Positions 29,205-42,931 of a DNA stretch of 64,000 nt are shown in pieces (within the stretch, counting starts at the first letter, position 1; each line of letters begins with the position of its first letter). The position numbers were made by a program, and so were the translations under genes. The notes under the pieces were generated by a model that saw nothing but the letters and a program-made list of their open reading frames with translations, was not told the DNA's origin and made no database searches. This DNA is from Piromyces finnis finn (taxonomy: Eukaryota; Fungi; Neocallimastigomycota): the NCBI GenBank assembly GCA_002104945.1, contig MCFH01000022.1, forward strand, positions 744,001 to 808,000, written 5' to 3'.

Positions 29205-31612
29205 ATGGTTTTAGAAGCTACTGTTTTAGTGTAAGTTTTAAAGATATATTAACAATATATTTATATACATAATATTTAATATGAATATGAAATTTCATTT
29301 GATCATAAAATATTGGAATTTATTTATTGAGTTTACTGTTAAGACAAAAATTTCCTTAAATAAAAATAAAGAAAATAATTATAAATTTATTGAAACTATT
29401 GAAAATCAAAAAAATAATTAAAACTAAAATTGAAACAAAACTAATAATAATTAAAATGATATTTATTTTAATACTATATTTAAAAGTTTGGATAATTCCG
29501 AATGGATGAGAAATGGTGATTATACACCATCTAGAATAGAAGCTCAAAGTGATGCTACTATTTTCCTTTTTAATGCTAAAACCCGTTCAAATCCAGAAAA
29601 TACTGTTGGTATGATTACTATGGCTGGTAAAAGGTAAAATTAAATTTCTTTATTTAAATATATATTTAAAAAAAGAAAAAAAGTAACCATTTTATAATAA
29701 TAAAATATATAATAATATATAATAAAAAATTTATATAATTTTATAGTCCAGAAGTTATGGTTACTTTAACTTCTGATATTGGTAAAGTTTTAACTGCTTT
29801 ACATAATATTCAACTTTCTGGTAATGCTCACTTCACTACTGGTGTTCAAATTGCTCAAGTATTTAATGAACTAACTTTTTAATGTTATATATTTTAATAT
29901 AACCATAATATAAAAATTCATACTAATATTTAAAAATTTTACAATAATTTAATAAAATATTTGAATTATTAAATATATAAATATATATATATTTTTAAAA
30001 AAAATAAAATACAATGAAACATAATGGTAAATCAATAACAGTTAGCTTTAAAGCATCGTCAAAATAAAAATCAAAAGCAAAGAATAATAGTATTTGTTGG
30101 TAGCCCAGTCATTGAAGACGAAAAAACTTTAGTTAGATTAGGTAAAAAATTAAAGAAGAATAACATTGCTATTGATATTATAAACTTTGGTGAAGAAGAA
30201 GAAAATACCTCAAAATTAGAAGCATTCATAAATGCTGTTAACAATAGTGACAATAGGTATATAAAGATTTCAATAACAAAGCTATATAAAGTTGTTGTTT
30301 TTTTTTTTAAAAAAAAAAAAAAGGAATATTAAATATCTAATGAAATTTTCTTTTAAAATCATTATAATTATTGATATTATCATTCATTATTTTTTCTCTC
30401 TAAAAAATTTGGCCTATCGATCCGCTTTTTTTTTAATAAAAAAATAATAACAACAAAAACAACAACAATAATAATAACAACAATAATAATAATAATTAAC
30501 TATATAAATGAATGAATAAATGATAATTCAATTCATTGATAAATAGTCATTTAGTTACTATTCCACCAGGTCCACATATTTTAAGTGACGTTCTTATGAC
30601 TTCTCCAATTGTTATTGATGAAGATGGTGCTGCTCCATCTGGATTTGCTGGTGGTAATGATGACTTTGAATTTGGTGTTGATCCAAATATTGATCCAGAA
30701 TTAGCTTTAGTAAGCATGATATTGCTATTAATATTATTATATAATACTATAATAAATAGATCAAGACCCGTCAACTATTACATAAATAATAGTGATAATA
30801 TTAGAAGAAAAAAACTAAATCATAAATAATTTAAAATTTTCTATAAATAGGCTTTAAGAATATCATTAGAAGAAGAAAAAATGAGACAAGAACAAGAAGC
30901 TAAAAAGAAGATGGAAGAAAGTAAGACTGAAGCCTCTGGCAGTGATAATAATCAAGGTTTAATATCTACTGATGAAGATGATATGCTTGCTAAGGCTTTA
31001 GCTATGTCAATGAATACTGGTGTAAGTAAACTACGGTGATATCATGTGATATTCAATAAAATATATTATGTTTAGGCATGGCTTAACCATTCTCAATATT
31101 TTATGCTTATTAATAAAAATATAGGATGATGATGTTCCAATGGAAGATTTAGATGAAGATGAAGATATTGCTAAGGCAATTGCTTTATCCATGGCTGAAG
31201 CTAATGTAAATAAGAAAAGATGAATAGAATAAATAATCAAATTAATATATTTATTTTTTTTGACATGAACTAAATATTAATCAAAAAAAAAAAAAAAATA
31301 AACATACTTACCCATTAATAATAATAATAATAATAATATAAATATAAATATAAATATAAATATAAATAGGGTACTGCTGAAGATAATAATGATCAAGATT
31401 TAGCATCCGTTTTAACTAACTTACCAGGTAAATATTATGCCAAATATATTAATTTTTTAGACGGTGAATTGAAATTTATTATATATTAACCTGAATTATA
31501 AACTAAATTTATATATTAAAATAAAAATAATCTAGGTATTAACTCTGAAGATCCAAGAATAAAAGATGCTCTTAAGGAACTCGAAAAGGACAAAAAGAAG
31601 AATGACAAATAA
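29205..31612 (+). CDS. RPN10: 26S proteasome ubiquitin receptor Rpn10/PSMD4 (vWA domain plus UIMs), multi-exon
   Basis: MVLEATVL|[75 protein letters not shown] and UIM-like [13 protein letters not shown]. Confidence 0.96.
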
Positions 31613-32835
31613 ATAAATCAGAAATAAAAAACTTTTTTTTTTTAATTTAAATATCTTTTAAACCACAATTTATATATATAATATATTATTAAATCAATTA
31701 ATGATATTGTCATATAATATTTAGCAAAAAAAAAAAAAATAACTTTTTTGAATAAATAAAAAAAAAAGAAAAAAAATAATAAATTAACAAAAAAAAAAAA
31801 AAACATTAATAAATAAAATATATATAATTAAAAATAATAATAATAAAAATAAAAATCTAATAATAAAAAAAAAATCAATAAAACGAAAAAGAAAAATAAT
31901 TATTTATCAATTGAATAATAGTAATAACAACATCATAATCATAATAAGTATTAAAATAAAAAAATAAAAATAAAAAAAAAAGCACTTTAAATAAAAAGAA
32001 GAAAGGGGGAAAGAATATATATAAAATACTTTTATGAAATAATATCTATAAAACCTAATGGGATTAAAAATAGGATTGATTTAAAAAAAAAAAAAAAAAA
32101 AAGGAGGGGGTTAAATTTCTTTTAGTTTTTTTTTTTTTTTTTTACTGAATAAATGAATAAATATATTATCATTTGGAATTAAAGTGCATTTAATAAAAAG
32201 AAAATAGGTAGTGATGCAATTAATAATAAAATCTTTATATTTATTTTATTTTTTTATTTCTTATTTTTTTAATATTTTTTTTTTTATCTCTAAAAAAAAA
32301 AAAAAGTTATATTGGTTTAATTTTATAAAATTGGTACAAATTATTAATAAATAATTATATAATAATTTTTTTTTATTTTGTTTTTTAAAATACATAATAG
32401 ATAATAGAAGTAAAAATAAAAATTAAAAATGATAAAAAGCATTATAAAAAAAAAAAAAAAGGTATTTTATATTTATAATAAAATCACTTTGTTTGAATGG
32501 AAAAAAAAAATTGCTATATATAACTTAATTAATTATATCATAAAGGTACTAAAATTTTAATGAATTATTTCTATTATTACTTATTGCTATTATTATTATT
32601 ATTGTTATTGTTGTTATTGTTATTGTTATTATTGATGGTTCTATTGATGTTGATGTTGTAATTACTATATAATTTGTTTAACTATTAATTTTTAACTTTT
32701 AAATGAGAAAAAAAAAAACTTTTATAATTATAACAAAAATAAAAAATATTATCAATTATAAAACTATTTAAAAAAAAAATAAATATTTATAATATAATTT
32801 AGAATGAAAATCCAAATTTCAAATTTTGATATTAG

Positions 32836-32866
<31 letters not shown>

Positions 32867-33577
32867 ATGTATAACTGAAAACAAATATATATGTCATTAA
32901 TTACATATTTATGATATTTGTTTCATTTCTATTAATGCTTATCTAGAATTTTACCTTTTTAATTTGTTTAATTTTTTTTATTGCTTTTTTTTTTTTGTTT
33001 GTTTGTTTCTATAATAATTAATGTAATATTTATGATACTTTATATAACATGTTTCATATATATATGTTATAATTATTTTATTAATTTTATGGTTGTTTTC
33101 GTTGTTGTTTTGTTTTTTAAATTTTTGATTGTTGTTGTTGTTGTTAACTTTCTTTCTTTCTTTATTTATTTATTATAATGTTGTTATTTTTTTTCATTAA
33201 TATTTGTTTTATTTTTTTTTTTTCGATTACCTATAATAAATTAAAAGAGGTGTTTTTTTTTTTAATATAAATTAATTTAAATATTAAAATGGAAATAGCT
33301 TAAAAAATTTTAATTTCATTTATGTTTCAAATTTCTTACATATTTTTATGGTATTTCATTTCATTTTCATTGGTACTAATTTAATTGTTTTAAACTTTAT
33401 TATTAATAAAAACAAAAGGAAAATTTTTGATGAGTAATTATTCTTGAAAAAAAGGTAGTTTTTTTTTTTTTTTTTTTTTTTTGTTTTTATGTTATATATA
33501 AAAATATTTATGTAGGATATAAGAAATGAAAAAAAAAACTTACTCAAAAAAAATATGCAAATTAAAATTGTAATTAT

Positions 33578-33820
33578 TTAATTATTTAAACGATAACTTT
33601 GATTTTGATAACGTAATTGACTTGAATTATTTTGATGTCTAGTATCTAATTGCTTTCTGATTAATGGAGAACGAGATTGACGATCACTTTTTTTTTTTTT
33701 AAAAAAAAAAAAAAAGTTATATATAGATGTATTTGAATAATGATGAGAATTTGAAATAATTGAAGTAGGCATAGTAGAAATTGTAGAGAGTTTAAAATTA
33801 AAATAATAATAATAAAAATA

Positions 33821-33851
<31 letters not shown>

Positions 33852-36337
33852 AGCATAAAAAAAATGTATATAGGCGCGTGTATATATATATAGAAGAAGA
33901 TAAAAAAAATAATAATAAAATTAGAAGAAAATATTATATATAAGGTTTGGTCACTAAAAATAAAATTAAATATCTTTAAAATTTAGGAAATTTGTGTAAA
34001 GTATTAATTTTTTAAAAAAAATAAAAAATAAACTTATTTATCTCTTTCTTCTTTTTCCTTTTTTTTTTTTTTTTTTTTTTTCTTGACAAAAAATAAATAT
34101 TTATAACAATTGATGCTTTAGTAGTATATGAAAAATATTTTTTTTTATATATATAAATTTTTTTATTTTTTTTTTTTTTTTTTGTTTTTGTTTTTGTTTT
34201 TTTTTTTTTTTGTTTTTTTTTTTTTTTTTTTTTTGTAATTTTTTTTTTCTTCATCATTATTGTTCTATTATTGAGAGAGTATTTTAATTTCTGAAAAAAA
34301 AAAAAATTTATATACATAATATTATAAAGATTTGTTTTATGATAATAAAAATTTATACTTTATAAAATGTATTTTTTTTTCTTTCATAATTTAATATTTT
34401 TCATTGTTTATTTATATATCTATATAATAAAATTAATTACTAAAATAAAAGAAAAAAAGAAAAAAGAGAAAATAAAAAGATACTACAAATAATTGATTGT
34501 TATTATTTAAACTATTTTGTTAATATATATATATATATAAATAATTTTTTAAAGAAAAAATATTCAATTTTCTCTATTTTAATAATATATTTCTTTTTTA
34601 ATATCTATATGACTTTTATTTAATAAATATATTATTTTTATATTTATTTATATATATATATAGTGATTATGATGATATTATTTATATATTTAAAAGTAAT
34701 AAAAGGGGAATTTATCATATGTTTATAGATTAATTACACTTTTTGTTGTTCGTTTTCTTGTTTCCTTTCTTGATTTTCTTTGTATTTTATAACTGTCCAA
34801 TCGAAAACATAATCATAATAATATCCTTTATTGATAAAAAGATCTCTGAATAATTTTCTTAAATATGAATAATCTGGTTTGTCATCAAATCTTAATGAAC
34901 GGGTATAGTTTAAGTAAACAGCGAATTCATTTGGAAATCCTCTGTTTTATAGTTATATATACAATTTAACAAGATTTTATATAATTAGAAAAGCTCAAAA
35001 TTTGACTTTTTTTATTCCATTTTTGGATAATAATTTGTACTCACCTGCATAATACTTCAGTTGGAGTAGTCATTTTCTTTTCCATAATACGGTCATACTT
35101 TTGCTTCTTAGTTACAGCCTTTAATCCTTGCCATGGTAATGAACCACGACAGAAGTACATAAAGACATAACCTAAAGCTTCAAGATCATCACGTCTTGAT
35201 TGTTCTATTTTTGTATTGAATAAATTTAAGTCAAATTGTAATTATTTTTAAAAGAGCTTTTTTAAATTTTATAATTTCATATATCAAACTAACCAACACC
35301 CAAGTGAGTATTAATACTAGCGTATCTAGCAGTACCAGTTAAATTTTTATTTTCTCTGTATGGAATATGAAGATGGGTTTTTGGATCTCTGTATTTCTTA
35401 GCTAAACCAAAATCAATAACATTTACTTGATTAGCTCTTCTACCAATACCCATGACGAAATTATCTTTTTGTAGAAAAGATATATATAATATACATTAAA
35501 AAAATTAATTTTCATGTTTAATATCTTTATATTTGGTAGTTTATATAATCTTATACTAATAAAAATATATTTTTTTTCTCATTTTACCTGGCTTAATATC
35601 ACGATGAAGGAAGTTCTTGGAGTGAATGTATTCTATTCTAGATAACTTTTATAATAAAAATGATTATTAATATAAACATGCCTTTCCAATACATTACACT
35701 ATTTATTGTTTACATTTAATATTTTAATTTACTTACTAATTGATCAGCAAGAAGTAATACTGTCTTTAATGAGAATTTTCTGTGACAGAAATTAAATAAA
35801 TCTTCAAGAGATGGACCAAGAAGATCCATAACCATACAATTGTATTCACATTCAACACCGAACCAACGAACAAATGGAATACCAACTATTAAATTATGAA
35901 AGAAAATTATAAATAATTTACTATATAAATCATTTAAATTGCTGTAATCAAATTTTTATCCAACTTACCACCACCTGCTAAACATTTATATACCTTAGCT
36001 TCATATTCTAATTGTGGATGTTTTGCTTTTACTGATTCTAATTTAATAGCAATTTCTTCACCAGTAATAACATTTGTTCCTGTATATTGAAGAATAAACA
36101 TTTTAATATATATATAAATCATTAGATTTGGTATTTCAAAAAGTCTCTCAACAAAAACTACTTTGTTTATTTATATAAACTTTTGTCTTTCTATTAATAC
36201 ATAAAATGATAATATTTATTACCTCGATAAATTTCACCAAAACTACCACCACCAACCTTTCTACCTATCCGGTATTTATTACCGACTCTTATGTCCATTA
36301 ATCGAGGATTATATTCTGAAACTCTGGTTTGTTCCAT
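33578..36337 (-). CDS. HRR25: Casein kinase I, delta/epsilon-like (Hrr25/Hhp1 type), multi-exon; terminal exon uncertain
   Basis: [26 protein letters not shown]|[40 protein letters not shown]. Start at 36337 or 36298. The tail either stops at 34734-34736 or splices from 34738 to an exon at 33578-33686. Confidence 0.93.
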
Positions 36338-38421
36338 GTTTTATTCGATTTTATTTGATAAATAAAAGATATATAAAAACTATTACAAAAATCTAAAAAT
36401 ATAAAAAAAAAAGGTTAGATTCTTTTATCCAGAATTTGATAGAATTTAAATACTTTTTATATATATTAATAATTCTAATAAATATGATGAAAATTTTTAT
36501 CTATATATATAATTTCTTATATTAATATATATTTCCATAATAACTTATTTTATTGATGATAGTTTTATTTATTTATTTACTTTTTATTTTCTCAAAGGCT
36601 AGATATTACTTTTATGAACTATTGTTATAATAATATTACTATTAATATTAAATATTTTTATCGAGTATTTATTTATTTATTTATACTTTAAATTCAATCC
36701 AATTTTTTAAAAATTTTATGTTTATCATTTATAATAAATATTAATAATTGTTGACTGTTATTTTATATGTCACATATATATTTATACTTTTAACATATTT
36801 TATAAACATATAAAGTTTTTATTAAAGAAAATTATTTTATAAAATATAATCTTTTTCTTCCAAAATAACAACACTTTTTCCCCCATTGTATATTAAGTAA
36901 ATATTTTCCGTAACTTGCTTTTTTTTTTTCAAAATAATTTCTAAATCTAAATAATTTATTCTTTCTACGTCTTATTATTAAATAAAAATATAAAGGTTTG
37001 ATTTTGCGAATGTAATTATATTTTAATTTCACACATTCTTTTGATATTCCTTTTATATTTGTATGATGTTTTTATGTTTGGTTTGTATTGATTTAATTGT
37101 TTGTTGACGAATTTTTTAATTTTTTTTTTTTAATTGATTAAAATATATATTTCCAGCATAATATTATTTACCTATATAATCTATTAAATTATAAAGATCT
37201 TTTCAAAGGATATAATAATGTATATATAAAATAAAAATAAATCAAAAGTATAGCCTTACAGTGATAGGAAATAAATAAGAATAAACTAGTATAATTAAGT
37301 TTTTATTTTATATTTATTAAAAAAGGTTTTTTTTTTTATTTTATAAAAATAAATAATAAATATAAACTTTTTTTTTCTGACGTCTTATCCATAAATAAAT
37401 AATATATAAATAATAATAATAATAAATAATAATAATTAATAATATTTATTATAATAATTTTAATAGTAAAAAATAATCCCATATATTACCATAAAAATTT
37501 TATTCAAATGAATTATAAATATAATATATAGAAATTATTTAATTTTTATATATAAATAAAATTTATAATTAATTGATAATATATTTTAATATTATTCATC
37601 AATATATTTATTTTTATTTAGTAATATATTATTTAAAATCAAAAATTTTTATAAATAAAATTGATCATGATGATGAAGTGTAAAAAAAAGAATAATTATG
37701 TTGAATATTATAAAGAATAAAAAAGAGTAATAATAACTGTATATATAACTATTAATAATGAAAGTAAAATAAGTTGATTTTAAAAAGAATTTACATATTT
37801 TTTTTAAAATATGAAATAAATTCAATTAGAAAAAAAAAGAGGAGAAGATTAAATTTAAAATAAATTAAAATAAAATTAATTATAAATTGTATTTGTTATT
37901 GATTTAAATCTTGTTTTTATTCCCGAAATTTTCATGATATGACCATGTTTATCACATGTGTTGTACATGACAATTAATTATTATTTTATTCGAAAAATAC
38001 ATAAAAAAGTATTTCATAATTTTCATAATGACGATCTAATGACTAGTTAAAATTAATAATTTATACATATTATGAAAAAGTAAAAAGAGTTAATTTCAAT
38101 TATAAATATATAATTATATTTAATTCAATATCTATTTTTATATCATTATCTTCAAACATCATTTTTAATGAATAATAATGTTAATTTAAATTTGCATATA
38201 TTACTATTTGTGTCGTTTTCATTATTACTCTTTTTAATTTTTATTTTTTTAAATGTAATTAAAGATAAAACGTAATATAAATAATTTTAATGTATCAAAC
38301 AAAAAAATGTAATTAAAAAAGAAATTGTAACAAAAGCATAAACATTAAATTTTGCTTTTTAATATGAATGAAACTAGTAATGTGTGGTTTAATGTCTATA
38401 GAGGAAAAGGAGGAAAAAAAA

Positions 38422-39060
38422 AAGTCAAATAATAACTTTATATGAATGAATGAATGAATCGTCATTTTATTTATTTTATTAATGTATTATGTATATATTG
38501 ACACTGTTGTATCATAAATTTTATTATTATTTCTTTTTAATTTATATTGTATTTGATAAATTCAAAATATATTGATATTTTTTCAATATTGTATAATATT
38601 AGCATAATTATCACATCGTTTTATATCTACATAGTAATATTTAAAAAAAAATAATAGCAATAATAATAGTATGAAAATATAAATAAGTATAATATATTAT
38701 TAAAAAATGTTATCTTTAATGATAATAGTGGTGGTTTTATTAAATCATTAATAATGATAAAGCTTTTGAAAGCATTATATAAATTAGAAAAATTTGATAT
38801 AGGCGGTAGTAATATATAAAAAATAAAATATACATATACATATACCTGATATTTATATGCTTTCTAATATACTTTTTCTAATTTTTATAAAATGAATTAT
38901 TTTGTAAACTTTTGATATGCTACTATTAATATTAAATAGTAGTAATAAAAAAGTCAAATAATATCTTTATAGAATAGTCATTTTATTTATATTATTAATT
39001 GTATGATAAATACTGACATTATCATATAAATTCTATTATCATTTCTTTCTAATCAATATT
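38422..39060. repeat. Imperfect ~110-130 bp direct repeat, two copies about 530 bp apart
   Basis: AAGTCAAATAATA(A/T)CTTTATA…GTCATTTTATTTAT…TGACA…ATAAATT(T/C)TATTAT…ATTTCTTT(T/C)TAAT at about 38422-38548 and 38951-39060. Confidence 0.55.
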
Positions 39061-39390
39061 AATTTACTTTAAACTTTATTTCTGTATAATGTTAATTAAT
39101 ATTTGACTTGCTACAAAAACAATTAAAGTGGATTAATTTTTTTGTGTTTTTTCAGTAAACAGAACATGTCCCTATTTTGTAATATTTTAATTACTATGAG
39201 ACTATGTGTGAAATGAGCTTATTCTAAAAAAAAATACAACAAAAAAAGCTTATTACAGTCATATATTATACAAGAATATATCCAAAATTTCTTATATATA
39301 TATATATATATTCATCTTTACATGCATAACATAATATCTTTATAATTTATAATTAGTAATAAAATATAATAAAATAACTTTTAACAAAAA

Positions 39391-40687
39391 ATGTATAGAA
39401 GTTTTCCTATTAATGATAGAACGGATGCCGGAATACAAATTGCATTTAATAATGAAATAAAAAAATACAGTAATAGAAAGGATACAATAATATTAGCTTT
39501 ACCAAGAGGAGGTTTTTTTTAATACTGTTGATCCTTCTTTTTTTTTTGTAGAATAATTACTTAAATATTATTACTTCATTAATATAAAATAGGTATTCCA
39601 GTAGCCTATCAAATAAGTGAAAAATTAAACATTCCATTTGATATGATTATTGTTAGAAAATTAGGACTACCAAGTAATTATATTTTACAATTTAATTTTA
39701 AATTTATTTATTTATTTATTTTTATATTTTTATATTAAATTTTTTACTCTATAACCAATATATTAAAGCACATGAAGAAACAGCTATGGGTGCTATTGGA
39801 ATGAATAATATAATCATATATAATGAGAAATGTATTATATCAAATTCTGTAACCCAGTCTACATTAAATTCTGTTATAGAAAAAGAAGTAAAATATTAGT
39901 AATAATTTTATATTATATTATTTTCAATTGTTACACAGTTTTCAAGCTAAACAAATTTTATGAAATAATATTTTTAAAGAAAATTGAACTAATTCGAAGA
40001 AATAATGAGTATTGTAGAAATCGACCTTTCCCTGATATTAGAGATAAAAATATTATATTAGTAATTTTTTTTTTTTTTCGTTCTGATTATGTAATAATTA
40101 ATAATTAATTATAAAAACCAATACTATGATATGATTATAACTTAGGTTGACGATGGAATAGCATCAGGTGCATCAATGAAAGCAGGTTAAATATGAAATT
40201 TTAAAGAGTAAATAAAAAAAAAATTTATTTTTAATATATATTTAATTAGCTATAGCTTCAGTAAAGTTATATAATCCAAAAAAAATTATTGTTGCTGTCC
40301 CAGGTAAATAAATGCAATTTTATTGACTTTAATTTGAAATAAAATAAATAATATATCATAATATATATTATATAAGTTGGACCTCCTGAAGTCATCAATG
40401 AATTAAATCTAATTGTAGATGAAGTAGTTTGCATTTACCAACCTTCTCCATTTCACGCTGTTGGTTTATGGTATTTTTTATTATATACAAATGATCTATA
40501 TATATATTAATTGCTAATTATATAAAAAAAAATTCTAAAAGAATCATCAAAATATGTTTTATTATAAAAAAAAAAAAAAAGGTATGGAAAATTTGCACAG
40601 GTTAAAGATGATGAAGTTCATAAATATTTAGAATCTGTTAAAAAAAATAATTATGATAAAGAAGAAGTTGAAAATTGTACAAATTAA
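39391..40687 (+). CDS. Bacterial-type phosphoribosyltransferase (type I PRTase), 8 exons; largely missed by the ORF track
   Basis: Spliced: DRTDAGIQIA…IILALPRGG|IPVAYQISEKLNIPFDMIIVRKLGLP|THEETAMGAIG…|VDDGIASGASMKA|AIASVK…IIVAVP|VGPPE…DEVVCIYQPSPFHAVGLW|YGKFAQVKDDEV. The PRPP-binding loop is VDDGIASG. All 7 introns are GT-AG and keep the frame. Confidence 0.9.
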
Positions 40688-41229
40688 AAAGCTCATAAAA
40701 ATGTTAATATTTTAATTGGACCATTAACTAACTATTAATTAATTGAAGAAAAAAAAAAAAACTTAATGTAGTTGATTTATATCATTATTTTTAGGATAAA
40801 AAATTTAAAATAAATAGTAATAGATCTATTTATATATATATTATTTTTAAATATTTAAACATTTATTATGTTTAAATTTACTTTATATTTTTATTCTTTT
40901 TGTAATAAACTTGATAAGGATTATTAAATAAATTATTTTATAATAATAAATTATTCTATTTTTTTTTTTTTTTTTTATTTTTTTTTAATTCAATAGTATA
41001 TTTTTTTTATGAGGAGGATAAAAGAAAAAAGATATAACATTAAGTATAAACTTTAATAATAAATATTAAGTATCTATAAATTATATAAATAAATAGAATT
41101 ATATCTACTTGTTTAATGTTATATTATGGTTTATCTATTTGCTTATTTACTGAATTAGAATCTATTTTATTTATATGTTCTTAAAAATATAATGTATAAA
41201 TTGTATATTTTCTTTTTCTTTATTTTTTT

Positions 41230-41262
<33 letters not shown>

Positions 41263-41273
41263 TAATAAATGAT

Positions 41274-42889
41274 TTAGTAACCCGTTAATTCTGTATAGAT
41301 ATCGGTTAATGTTATTTGTCCAAGACGATAATTAAAGAATGATTTTTCTGATGAATTACCTTCTTTTAATAAATGCTTTTCTAAAATGGCTTTAATTCTT
41401 TTCATTTCATTAAAAGAATTAATGATAACTTTATAGTTATAAAGTCCTGCATTACTATATTTAAATTCAAGATCAATACCCGCTTGCTCTTTTACACTAG
41501 TAACTAAAAGTCTTTCATTAAAGTTTTTCATTCCTTTTGTATTAATAATTAAGTTATAATGACTTATATATTTTGACTTTAATTGTTCAAATGTTCCTAC
41601 ATAAACTAAACGACCTCTACTCATAATACCAACACGATCACTAAGATAAACCGCTTCTTCTAAGGAATTTGTAGTAATTAAAATTGAAGATTTAAAGCTT
41701 CGATTGGTTTGTTTTATACGGTCCCATATGAATTTTCTCTTTTCAAATCGACTTATTCCTTTGGTTGGTTCGTCTAATAAAATCGTGGATTGACCATGAG
41801 CAATGATTAACATTAAATTAAGTATCTTCTTTTGTTCATAACTTAAATATTTAACCTTAACATTAGTATACTGAGCTAACCCATAAAATTGAAGTAACTC
41901 TTTTGAAAAAGATTTTATTCCTTGATTTGAATAACCAATTAAATCTAACATATTAAACAGGTGCTCCTTAATTGTGAGATCATCAGATAAAGAAGGTTCT
42001 TGCCTACAATAACTAAATATAATTTCTTCTATATTTGAATTTGTTTTGTTAATGCCGTTGATGTAAAGACCACCTGTATTATAATTATCTATAGAAGCTA
42101 TTGCATTAACTATAAATGATTTTCCTGAACGTGGTGGACCTAATAAACAAAAGATTTCAAAGTTTCTCACTCCAAAAGTAATATTTTCAATACATGTAAT
42201 AGCAAATGTTGAATTGGTATAGACTGAATTGTGAGGTTGACCATATTGGTATTTTAAAATTCGTTTCATATTACTTTTATAATCTTTTTCTAAAGCAATT
42301 GAATGGTATGGATATTCTTTGTAAAATTCTATGATACTAATAGCTAAATCATTACATTTTCTGGTTGCTTCTAAATATTCCAATTTAACTTCTTCTGGAC
42401 TTTGTTCTAATATTTTTTGTGATTTTTTAATCATACCTTTTTTAGTCTTTTTACGTAGAGTAGAATTATAAATGAGGTTAAACACAAAAATCAATATAAC
42501 TAAAATAGTGGATATTGAAATGAATATAAATGATACTCCTAGCTCAGATTTTGCTAAAATATTTCCACGAAATCCAATAACATTTTTATAGATATGATCG
42601 GAAGTGTAGTTTGATATTAAAGCTAAACTAAAAATAACTGATATAACAGCATACAGAGGATTCAATAGAACCATAACTACAGTTAATATTAGAACATGAT
42701 TAGGAAGAAATAGAAATTCTTCATATTTAGAGTATTGATCAAATACATAATAAAATAATATTTCTATAAATAATAAATGTTCAACGACGATGAAAAACAG
42801 TAATAGCTTTTTATTTGATATTAAATTACTTAATATATGATGCTCCAAGAATAAAACAATTGACCTATTATGAAATAAAATAAAATAAA

Positions 42890-42931
<42 letters not shown>

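Noticed and set aside
31076-31086. GCATGGCTTAA in an RPN10 intron, complementary to the 5' region of 18S rRNA (possible snoRNA guide)
   Set aside because: There is no adjacent box D/D' (CTGA), and an 11-nt match to rRNA is expected by chance in a window this size.
32981-34317. ORFs 32981-33178, 33356-33547 and 34012-34317
   Set aside because: Translations of homopolymer and microsatellite tracts (poly-K, poly-F, poly-Y) with no coding signal.
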